Origin: Sarea resinae
Taxonomy: Eukaryota
Assembly (NCBI GenBank): GCA_026026165.1
Contig: JAPEUD010000018.1
Location: forward strand, 248,001-312,000
Reading direction: 5' to 3'
Length of the DNA stretch: 64,000 nt
This document shows, in pieces, positions 24,101 through 34,495 of this stretch. Position numbers and translations under genes: made by a program. Position 1 is the stretch's first letter; every line of letters begins with the position of its first letter. The notes under the pieces were generated by a model. That model was not told the DNA's origin, did not search any database, and saw only the letters and a program-made list of their open reading frames with translations.

Positions 24101-24878
24101 CTTGTCCCTGTCGCTGTCGATGTCGCTGCTGCACTCACTACTCTACCTACTCGAGTAAATGCGTCCAGCGTCCGAGTAAACAATACTCCGGAGTACACTA
24201 CAGGAATGACAGGAATCATGACAGAAATCGCATCTCGTGGCCAATTACCAATAAGCTGTCACTTTAGCCGTTCCCTGCACTCGAGAGGGTCAGTCATCCG
24301 AGCGTCCGCAAGATACTACGTAGTAACTGCAGTACTCCGTACAGATGGGATCATCTATCCGATGCATCCGGTGATAGGTCAGTGGCAACGATGCCCTGCT
24401 ACCCTCAGTCGGTGTCGGACCCGACGTGGATCATCAATCTGGTGGTGGCCGTCGTCGTCCCGTTGTGGTCAGGACCTCTTCGCTTTCGGTCCTTTGCTTT
24501 TGGTGCTCCCTAGATCAGACAGATAGACTTTCGACAAGTACGAGACAGGTGACGCCGCATCGGCAGGGGAGGGGCGAATAGGGCAGCACAGGGCCAGGCA
24601 GGGCGTGGCTTTGGAGGTTCCTGGATTGGGGATGCATGATGGAAAACATGGTCGAAGCAGATCACCGTCACCATTGCTCTCCGTTTCCTCTCCGTGGGTG
24701 CGCCTCCGACCCAGCCCCAGTCAGGAGTAACTTCGTAGAGTAAGGTAGACCGAGAGCCCTATCCCATCCCCCCCGGGGCCCCTGACTCCCCTGCCAAATC
24801 CCCTCCTACTCATAGTCTAGTAAACTCCCGCCTCTCACCTCCACTCTGGCGTGCCTGCCCCCACTTGCCGCCCAACTG

Positions 24879-24942
24879 AGCAAGCCAAGCAGGCCAAGCA
24901 GGCCAAGCAGGCCAAGCAGGCTAAGCAGGCTAAGCAAGCCAA
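24879..24942. repeat. Degenerate 9-bp tandem repeat (AAGCAGGCC/AAGCAGGCT), about 7 copies
   Basis: Read directly. Confidence 0.85.
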
Positions 24943-25405
24943 GTCGACCCCAATGCCCTCGCTCCCCCGTTGACCCCCACGTTTCGAAAGTTCCAAGGCC
25001 GCGGGGATGGAGACATCCGACCGCAGTCGAGAGCCCCAAGCGCACGTTGGGGAAGACGCCGACCAACGCCTCCGGATGGTCAGTGTGTCCCAAGAATGTA
25101 CGCAGGACGCAGCGTCTCGGGCCCTGCTTTCTAGGCTCTTGCCTCTTGCCTCTTCCTCGCAGATTCCATGTCCGCTCTGCTTGCTTTTTGCGGGTCCGCT
25201 GCATTTGCGAGATTACTCGTCCCTCAGACCTCAGGGTCGAGAGCTAAGCATGACCGCCCTGTGTGGACGTTGATCCGTCCACGACAGACCAGCAGGCGGA
25301 CAGTCGCAGGTAGATGGGATCATGCGGCCTGCCATTGGGCCAGATCAGGTCAGGTACGAGGAAACTGGACGATGCTGCAAATCTGCTGGCACCAAGTGGC
25401 CTGTG

Positions 25406-25480
25406 GCCTCTTGCCTCTTGCCTCTTGCCTCTTGCCTCTTGCCTCTTGCCTCTTGCCTCTTGCCTCTTGCCTCTTGCCTC
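25406..25480. repeat. (GCCTCTT)n heptanucleotide repeat, about 10 copies
   Basis: Read directly; a short copy also occurs near 25135-25153. Confidence 0.93.
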
Positions 25481-26368
25481 GTGCCTCTCACCGTCTGGTG
25501 TGTCGTCTCTCGTCCGGCCGTGCTCGAGTGGAGGACAAGTCGGAAAACGAAACGAGGCACCCAACACGCATCCATCACGTCCATCACATCCAGCCCGCGC
25601 ATCACCAATAACACATCGATGATCTAATTGATGCCTGCAACGCCTGCCCGTCGGCCACGCGAGCTGAATCGATTTTCCGGTTCTCGTCCGCAGACTAAAC
25701 CACTCCTGGTAGCAAGGGCGATCAAGCATGATGGGACGCCCCCCAGTCATCAGCATTGCATTGCATTGATTGACTGATTCATCCGGCACAGCCTTGTCCT
25801 CCACCGCCCACCAGATGCCACTCGTATTGACCGACGGTGACGATGATGGTGACGGTGACCGTCGTAGAGTAGTGCCCGTCTCTCTTCTCTGCGCTCTCGC
25901 CGTCCTTTCTTTGTTCTCATTGGTAGCTCTCTCAGCGTTACATGGACCGAGAATGCCCCGGTGCCCGAGTCTCAGCCCATCCACCGCCTGTGCACCTTTG
26001 TTCGTCTTGCACACCTCATCGCCTGGCTTGACCGTCTCCATTCTACGAGTAATGTCAGTGAGGTCAGGCAGGCCCTCGGCCCTCCGAGCTAGAGCCACAC
26101 CATCGAAGTTCCGGAAACCCCCAATCTTTCAACGTCCGTGGGGTGTCACCGTTGATTAATCTCAGCCCAGCCAAGCCAACCTCAGCCCATCTCATCTCAT
26201 CTCATCTCAGCCTACTTAAAGCCATGGAGCCCGTCCTTGCTGCTCTTGGTTATCGACCCTGTGATCCTGGCTGATTATCTATCTTACCTACCTAGCACAC
26301 TGACGATCCAAGTGGCACTTCCACTCTTACCTGCTCTTTCCACCTCGCGATCCTTCCTCATCTAGACC

Positions 26369-27490
26369 ATGCCTCCCCACAACGACGCGCCCTCGCCGGC
26401 TTCAAGCTTCGACCAGCGATTCATCAGCAGCAGGACGCTAGGGTTCGCTCCAGACTCAGCTCGAGAGGCAGTTGGCTCCATATACGCCCATTCTCAGTAT
26501 AGCGATTCTTTCGAGACGGCATCCTTCGATTCGGTCGACGATATGGCCCACCGACCCTTGGTACCGGGAGTCCACGTTCCGACTGTGGCCTTCTTCGACA
26601 AGGTCACCGAAGAGCTCGACCTCGAGACAGTTGGGAAGCACGCTGTCCGTCTTGCCAAGGCCGGTGTTGCTGGCTTGGCCACGCAAGGGTCCAATGGCGA
26701 GGCCGTTCACCTTTCGCACAACGAGAGGCAACAGGTCACACGGACTACGCGCAAGGCTCTCAATGATGCCGGCTTTCATACGCTACCTATCATCGTGGGC
26801 TGCGGCGCCCAGTCGACTCGTGAGACAATTGACCTCTGCCACGAGGCTCTCCGATCTGGAGGGGATTACGCATTGGTGCTTCCGCCATCATACTACAAGG
26901 GGTTATTTAAATCGGAGTCGATAGTCGAATTTTTCCAGGACGTTGCCAATGCATCCCCTATTCCTATCCTGATCTACAACTATCCCGGCGCTGTTTCGGG
27001 TATCGATATGGACTCAGATGTCATCATCGAATTATCCCAGCACCCCAATATTGTGGGCTGCAAGTTCACATGCGGCAATACCGGAAAGTTGAACAGGGTA
27101 GCCTCTGCGACTCGAGCAACCACGCCGACGGAACCTGGCAGCGGATTCATGTGCTTTGGTGGGTCGGCCGACTTTGTTCTGCAAACTCTCATCGCCGGTG
27201 GTTCTGGCATCATTGGCGGATTGGCAAACATTTCACCGAAAGCATGCGTCAAGCTTATCGATCTCTACTCGGCTGGTAGCATCAAGGACGCTAAGAAGAT
27301 GCAAGCCATCGTCGCTCGAGGCGACTGGGCAGCCATAACCAGTGGCGTCGTTGGCACGAAGAGCGCCCTCGAGACATTCTATGGATATGGAGGTTATGGC
27401 CGCAAGCCTTTGCCTCGGCCGACGAAGCAGGATGTTTTGAAATACACGGAAGGCTTCAGGGAATTGGTCGCGCTCGAGAAGTCTCTTTAA
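26369..27490 (+). CDS. DHDPS/NAL-family class I aldolase (related to L-threo-3-deoxy-hexulosonate aldolase GaaC/LGA1 and 4-hydroxy-2-oxoglutarate aldolase)
   Basis: Intronless 373-aa ORF. PGVHVPTVAFFD, QGSNGEAVHL, LVLPPSYY, IYNYPGAVSGIDMDS, Schiff-base Lys in NIVGCKFTCGNTGK, YGYGGYGRKPLP. A second ATG at 26543 sits at the start of the conserved core. Confidence 0.9.
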   Translation: MPPHNDAPSPASSFDQRFISSRTLGFAPDSAREAVGSIYAHSQYSDSFETASFDSVDDMAHRPLVPGVHVPTVAFFDKVTEELDLETVGKHAVRLAKAGVAGLATQGSNGEAVHLSHNERQQVTRTTRKALNDAGFHTLPIIVGCGAQSTRETIDLCHEALRSGGDYALVLPPSYYKGLFKSESIVEFFQDVANASPIPILIYNYPGAVSGIDMDSDVIIELSQHPNIVGCKFTCGNTGKLNRVASATRATTPTEPGSGFMCFGGSADFVLQTLIAGGSGIIGGLANISPKACVKLIDLYSAGSIKDAKKMQAIVARGDWAAITSGVVGTKSALETFYGYGGYGRKPLPRPTKQDVLKYTEGFRELVALEKSL

Positions 27491-30400
27491 GATCTTGCAG
27501 CACGTGAAGGTGTTTACTGTTATGACTGGGTTGCTATCTACTTTTGGTTGCGTTTCTTTCCAAGTTTGCACAAGGACTAGGCGCAAGGCATCAAGGTACG
27601 GGAGTTCTGTGTGCTTCCTATTTTTACCCTGGAGCCTTACTTTTTGGGTGGCATCTTTTTATTCTGAGGACGGCATTGGAAAGTTGTTTGGTTGTCTTGT
27701 TTCGAAGAGTCCGAAAAGTTTATCGCCATGCGCTAAAACACTTTTCGTTTGCTGTCGAGTTCCGAGGATCACTGCACTCAGCTCGAGCAAATGACTGTAA
27801 ATATTGGGCAGCGCGCGCACAATAATTCCATGATATACCTCAACATCATGCTCCCATAAGAAGTAGAACGGGTAGCTTATAATGATCCTCTGAGATCAGC
27901 AAACGCGTCGGACCCCGGACGAACTCTTACATGGCCTTTGTATGATAATGCCTCTGAATCCCGCTCCAAATGAACAAACCGGGACATCTGGCTGAGCGAG
28001 CCATCCTGAGATCCGGGATTGATGCCCGAGCATGGGTTCTAGTTTTACTATGCGATTTTCGACTGACGTCTCTGCCACCAAGCACTAACTCTTACAGGCC
28101 AGTCCCATGAACATTAGTTGGGAACATCGAAGCTGCCAGGTGGCGAGGCATCAGCCGTGCCCAATCCGGGATATAGTACGAGGTTACGTACAAAAGACAA
28201 ACCGTGGCGATCATACAGACGGTCTGAGAAGGATACAGATTCAAAGACCTTATCCGCAGTTAGACTACCGTGACTAATTGAAGTTATTGAAAAGGCCAAA
28301 ACAACACATGAGCCGGATAGTGGAAGAGTGCGCAGTAGATGAGCAAGTAGACTGCGAACTGGCTCCGCCCAAGCCACCAAAAGTTAAAGACTGACAGTAT
28401 CATCGCGCATCCCATACAACGCAAAGAAAACATACATGAATCTGTTGCCTCTGATGCCTCGACCAACTGCCGACACCACACCTCCGTCCACTTTCGTAAG
28501 GGTCTGAAGACTCGCCAGCCCTACGGGTGTGTTCTCGTTCTGAGAAGGATTGCCACCGCCGGCCCTCGACGGCGGCGAACGAGGGTCCAGGGACCAAAGA
28601 CGAACAAGAAGTGCATTCAGAATCTGGCCAGCTGGGGTCTTCGGCGCTGCCACACGGTGGCTGGCAACAGTCTAGAAGGATGCCTGGGAAACTCAATATT
28701 ACGTCACGCCGGCCTCAACACCAGAAGTTGGCTTTGACTTCGTCGGCGCACGGTCACTTTGCCGTGTCGCTCCCCCCTGTGAGATTTGCCTCCTCCATTG
28801 GCTGGCCCACGAATGCGAGTGAAGCCCTCTCTTCTGCAGATGACCTCACCAGGGCATCCCATCTGACGGAAAAGCACGATGCCAGATGGCTGCTCTCTCC
28901 ATTCTCTTTCCTTCTTGAGTATGGAACGGGAACAGAAAGGATGTCCATCGTGTCGACTCGACGAAAAATTTCAAGAAAGCCTCAGACCACCAGTCACTCG
29001 AACGTCCAAACAGCCTGTGGGGTAATCTCATAGAAATCGCTTAGCAGGCCCTTGCTACGATCATTCGTGTGCAGAGGGCGCAGGCCAGATGCCATGTTCC
29101 TGAGCTTCTGATCCGGTCTAGGCTCTGGGCCCCATGGGGAAGCCGAGGAACGGCCATGCGAGGGTTTCTGTCGCGCCCAACCCAGTGGAATATGATCGAG
29201 GGTCGCTCCGACTTGCAAAGATATTGTGGCTGAAAGCTTGCATCGCTTTCTTGACCAACAAGTGCAGCCGAAGAGCGCCTCCCTTCCTCTTAGCCCTAGA
29301 CGATGACACAGTGATCTGTCTCTAGCATCAGTCGGATCGGGCTCAATTCCCGAACGGCGTTCCATTGGCTCACGACCGCTCAGTTTGGAACTTCATAGAC
29401 GACATTGGAGGTCACGCGTGTGCTCTGGTTTCCTGGAAGGCTAGCAAGTTAACGCTTCATGCGCTTCCCAAATCTTCTCCAGTTGCTCCTAACTGCAAAC
29501 CGCCGAGGGTCCGGCCTGGCCATATCTAATCGGCCCGATGAGGTTTTCTTGCAAAGACGCAGCTTCAATAATAATGCCGACCTTTGGCGCAGATATCGCT
29601 GATGTGCTGCGGATATTGCCCGTCTATGGGGGACCCTGAAGCAACAGCACAGATCTAGATTTTCGCTCTCCATACACCGTCTATGAGTTACCACAAAGAG
29701 TATCCACCCCATCATTCGCACGCCTCATTTGCAGGGAGACCTTTGGATCTCCCAGGCGTACTGAGTACATGAAAACACCATTAAGTCGGACAACAACGTT
29801 TCTACCGCAAACTCGTCGACCCAAAGCCAATAATGTGGATGCATCACTGCGGCATATACATTCTCGTTGGTCGTCCTAGCGACCCAATTCTGCTTCGGAC
29901 GTAACCAGTAGATGCACTGGTGGATTTTCCCCAGCACACATTCTCGAGGTGGCCAGATATGCGCCAATATGCGGCATCGGTATCCCCTAAGCTACTTCTG
30001 GCATGGTAACAATACTCTTGCATTCGACGCTTGGAGGATTTTCGCCGTGGCTCGTCTTCCCCACAACTCACTAGCGCACTAGCGGCTGCCCTAACCGTGG
30101 CATTTGTTCGAAACCTTGATTGGGGACGCATGATGCTATGGGAGACCTTAACCAGTATGTTGTTTACTCTGAAGAATGGAGAGGATAGAGTCATGTCAAG
30201 TCAAGAGGGGCCACGAATTTACAGAATCACGCTCACGGTAGCAGCATCATAAGTTGGTAAAGCCCTGAATGCGTCCTAAATCGGCCGCAGGCGGCCACGG
30301 AAGCGAAAATGATCAGGGTCTTCGGGGCCAAAATCAGCCCTGGCCACACGAGCGATTTCGCTCTACTACACACCACGGGGCCAGAACTTCCTTGCTTAGG

Positions 30401-30959
30401 ATAGGTAGGTAAAAGTAGTGGCCTTGTAGTAGCTTTTAGCGCGGATCGACCCCATGGGGAGGCTGGATTAGCTCCAGTCCCCGGACTTGGTCTTGGTGCG
30501 TCCCTGTTGGGTTATCATCACCCGATGGTAGAGCGTTAAAGTCGCAAGCGATGGCGGATCTACGCTAGGATCAGAGTTCTTGCGGACTTACCACGGTAGT
30601 CAGGTGCGGCGACGGAGTATGGGTATGGGTATGTGGTGGTGGGTATGGGGTCTTGTCTTTGCTACTGCCTTTTGTTGTCAGTGCGCTCACTGTGCCGACC
30701 GTCGGGTTGCTGCAGCTCTTTGTATGGCCGGCGTTTCACTACATAAACAATGGGCGAATCCCAGGAATCCGGACCTCTATCCTCTCTCTCTTTCTCTTCC
30801 TCCATCCACCCATTGACTCGTTCTACTTTCTCACTCGATCACTGAGCGACTGAGTGAGCATAATTGGTGTTTTGGACACGTTTTCTCTCTTCAGTTGAGC
30901 ACAATATAGCTTGGCCGAGCTACACCACATTACACTACGCTCCGTCTCCCTCCGCAGCC

Positions 30960-32810
30960 ATGGGCCTCATGCTCAAGAAGCCCGAGGGCACGCCGGGCTC
31001 GGCTCTGCCCGCCATCCTCATCGGTCTCTTTGTCGCCTTTGGCGGTATCTTATTCGGGTAGGCCACCCCCTTTTCGTCTCGTCCTCCGCACCAGCATAAG
31101 AACAGTAATCTAATCAGAGAATGGCGACGACAACAGATACGACACGGGCACGATTGGTGGCATCCTGGCGATGAAAGCATGGCGCGAGCAGTTCTCGACC
31201 GGCTACATCGACCCCAAAGATGGCCTACCCAACGTCAACTCCAGCCAGTCGTCCGAGATCGTCTCCATCCTGTCCGCCGGCACCTTCTTCGGCGCCCTGT
31301 TCGCCGCCCCCATGGGCGACTATCTCGGTCGCCGATGGGGCCTCGTCGCTTCTAGTTGGGTCTTTATTTTCGGTGTCTGTCTACAGACTGCGTCGACCGG
31401 CATTCAGCTCTTTGTCGCAGGAAGATTCTTCGCTGGCTTGGGAGTCGGTCTGGTGTCTGCGCTGGGTGAGTCACCTTCCCTTAATAATTCCCAGTTTTTG
31501 TTGCTTTTTCTCCTGTCCCTCACTCATAAGTCTATCCATCTATACAAGATCATACTAATACAATCCCGAATGACACAGTCCCTCTGTACCAGTCGGAAAG
31601 CGCACCGAAATGGATCCGTGGCACGGTTGTCGGCGCCTATCAGCTGGCCATCACAATTGGACTTCTCCTCGCCGCCGTCATCGACAACAGCACCAAGAAC
31701 AAGACCAACACGGCCTCGTACCGGATCCCCGTCGCGGTTCAGTTGGCATGGGGCCTGATCCTGATCGCTGGCATGCTGGTGTTGCCCGAGACGCCACGCT
31801 ACCTCATCAAGCGCGGCAAGTCGCAGAAGGCGGCCAAGTCGCTGTCGCGGCTGCGGCGCCTCGAGGTCGATCACCCCGCCCTCGTCGAGGAGTTGGCCGA
31901 GATCCAGGCCAACCACAATTACGAGCTCACGCTCGGCCGGGCCACGTATCTCGACTGCTTCAAGGGCACGATCGGCAAGCGGCTCCTGACGGGCTGCCTG
32001 CTGCAGGCGCTCCAGCAGCTCACGGGTGTCAACTTCATCTTCTACTACGGCACTTCGTTCTTCCAGTCGTCCGGCATCACCAACTCGTTCGTAATCTCGA
32101 TGATCACGTCATCGATCAACGTGGCCTCGACCCTGCCCGGGCTGTACCTGGTGGAGAAATGGGGCCGGCGGCCGCTGCTGCTGTTCGGCGCGGCCGGCAT
32201 GGCCGTGTGCCAGATCATCGTCGCCATCGTCGGCGACACGTCGTCCAGCGTGGTCAGCAACAAGGTGCTCATCGCCTTTGTGTGCATCTACATCTTCTTC
32301 TTCGCGTCGTCGTGGGGCAGCGTGGCGTGGGTGATCACGGGCGAGCTGTTCCCGCTGAAGGTGCGGGCCAAGTGCCTCTCGATGACGACGGCGTCCAACT
32401 GGCTGCTGAACTGGGCCATCGCCTACAGCACGCCGTACCTGGTGAACACGGGCCCGGGCAACGCGGGGCTCGAGAGCAACGTCTTCTTCATCTGGGGCGG
32501 CTGCTGCGTGCTGTGCTTCATCTTCACCTGGTTCCTCATCTACGAGACCAAGGGCCTCAGCCTCGAGCAGGTCGACGAGCTCTACGCCAAGGTCGGCCAC
32601 GCCTGGCAGAGCAAGGGATTTGTGCCCACCGTCAGCTTCCAGGACGTCCAGGATGCCCATCAGGATACCCGCCAGTTCTCGCTCGCCGACGTCGAGGCCG
32701 GCGCCGCCCAGAGGCGCAAGAGCGAGGTCGCCGGCGGCCAGCCCTTTGTGCAGGAAGTCGAGAGTAATAGCTCGGCTGGAAATGATGTTGTCATGCCCGA
32801 GAAGTACTAG
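30960..32810 (+). CDS. MFS sugar porter, RCO-3-type glucose/hexose transporter clade
   Basis: Exons 30960-31057, 31137-31465, 31579-32810. FGGILFGYDTGTIGG, GDYLGRR, VPLYQSESAPKWIRG, PETPRYL, QQLTGVNFIFYYG, EKWGRR, ETKGLSLEQVD. No long Snf3/Rgt2-like C-terminal tail. Confidence 0.95.
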
Positions 32811-33345
32811 GCGTCTGTGCGTGTGTGTGCGTGTGTGTGCGTGTGTGTGTATAGTTTGAATTGTGAGGAATAGTCAGGTGCGCACGGGCGAAATTGGGGG
32901 AGTTCCTTTTTTTTTGTCTCTTGGGATCGGCTTGTCTTGTATAGTCTACATTATGATGATGATGAGACGAATGACTCCTTTTTCTCAACTCTTAGAATCC
33001 AGTCGCATGCGTGGACTTTTCCTTCCGTTGCTTGAAACCAGTGGTTGGAAGAGGGCTAATCACTCCCTCATCTCCGTCGTCAGCCGGTCCATCCCTTTCG
33101 TAGTATTCTCTCTATCCGTAGATTGACGACAGAGGGAGGGAGAGGGAAGTAGGCATAAAGGGTAGTTCCTTCAACCATCGACCGTATTGAGGACCATATT
33201 GATATCATATAATATCTATGCATACGGGACCTACCAAACTAAGTAAGGTCGAATGTCAAAGGCACGACACGACTTCCAAATACGCATAAGCATGACCAAT
33301 ATCAACATCAAAATCAACATCATCATCATCCACAGCGAGGCATTC

Positions 33346-34320
33346 ACTCTCTTATCAGCGTGACGCGCCGCGGTTGCTTGCTTATCGGTTTGTTTTGGCT
33401 AACTACCAAGCAGCCAATCAGAAGCTGGATGGGCATAGAGGTCTGGAATCAGGGCGGTAGGGAGACGCGACGTGACAGCTCTGAGACGTTCGACGATTTT
33501 TGCTCAAAATGCAGACGGTGGGGGGAGAGTTGGGCGGTGGCGAATTCAGAGACGCCAAAAGGGATAGGGCAAGGTGGGTGAATGTGGGGATTAGATTAGC
33601 TCCAGATCCTGTGATACTAGATGTCCTAGATGATAGGTAAGATAGGCACGAATTCCTCTTATATTGATCTAATGCGCTCCCTTATCAGCGCGACGCGATT
33701 GCTTATCGCTTCCATTTGTTGTGTTTCTCCTGCCACCAGCAGCCCTGCCCAATCAGGAGTCCAGAAGAGGTAAACAGAGAAAATGGAGGGCGCTGGGAAG
33801 ACGCGACGTGACAGCTCTGAGACGTTCGACGATTTTTGCTCAAAATGCAGACGGCGGGGGAAGAGGGTGATTGAATGCCAAGGTGAATTTTATATACTCT
33901 CTTATCATCGTGACGCGGTTGCTTATCGGTTTTGTTTTGAAGCTGTCAGGCAGCCAATGAGAAGATGGATGGACATAGAGGCCTAGAATCAAGGCATCGG
34001 GGAGACGCGACGTGATGGCTCTGAGACGTTCAACGATTTTTGCTGGAAATGCAGAAGGTCGAGCAAGAGGGTGAATTTAGATGAGCGGAGAAGAACAGGG
34101 CAGGTGGGTGAATGTATAGGGGGTCCTGAAAGTGAATGTCGAAGTAGTCTTCATATGCTCCCTTATCAACGTGACGCGCCTGCTTATCGGTCTCTGTTGA
34201 CCGGCTGTCAAGCAGCCAATGAAAAGTTGGGTAGACATATACTCCAAAAAACAAGGAGCTGGGGAGACGCGACGTGATGGCCTTGAGACGTTCGACGAAT
34301 TTTGCTCAAAATGCAGACGG
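33346..34320. repeat. Four-unit complex tandem array (periods 330/220/261 bp); each unit is CTTATC..GACGCG..CTTATC..CCAAT followed by a 57-bp core
   Basis: Cores (g/a)agacgcgacgtga....gagacgttc.acga.ttttgct..aaatgcaga.gg at 33462-33518, 33798-33854, 34002-34058 and 34264-34320. Confidence 0.92.
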
Positions 34321-34495
34321 CGTGAGAAGGTAGTAAATCTCCGGCGTAGCCATAGCATTTGTCAATACAGGTATATGCCGGGCAAAGTCACGCGATGCCA
34401 CCACATATTCTCTCGGAGAATGGGAAAGGAAGAGCAAGAGCTGATTTCTACCCTTTACATGAGCCCATCCCGACTACCCGGTATCACTGGCTCTA

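Noticed and set aside
24806..26159. ORFs with LLPLASC / QEARGKR / LLGLLG repeats
   Set aside because: Translations of 7-bp and 9-bp microsatellites that lack stop codons.
31610..32767. 385-aa alternative-frame ORF and antisense ORFs over the sugar transporter
   Set aside because: Shadow ORFs caused by very high GC3 in the real gene.
33346..34320. CRISPR array interpretation of the repeat/spacer-like structure
   Set aside because: Eukaryotic context, no cas genes, 57-bp cores and 150-280-bp intervals that are homologous to one another rather than unique spacers.
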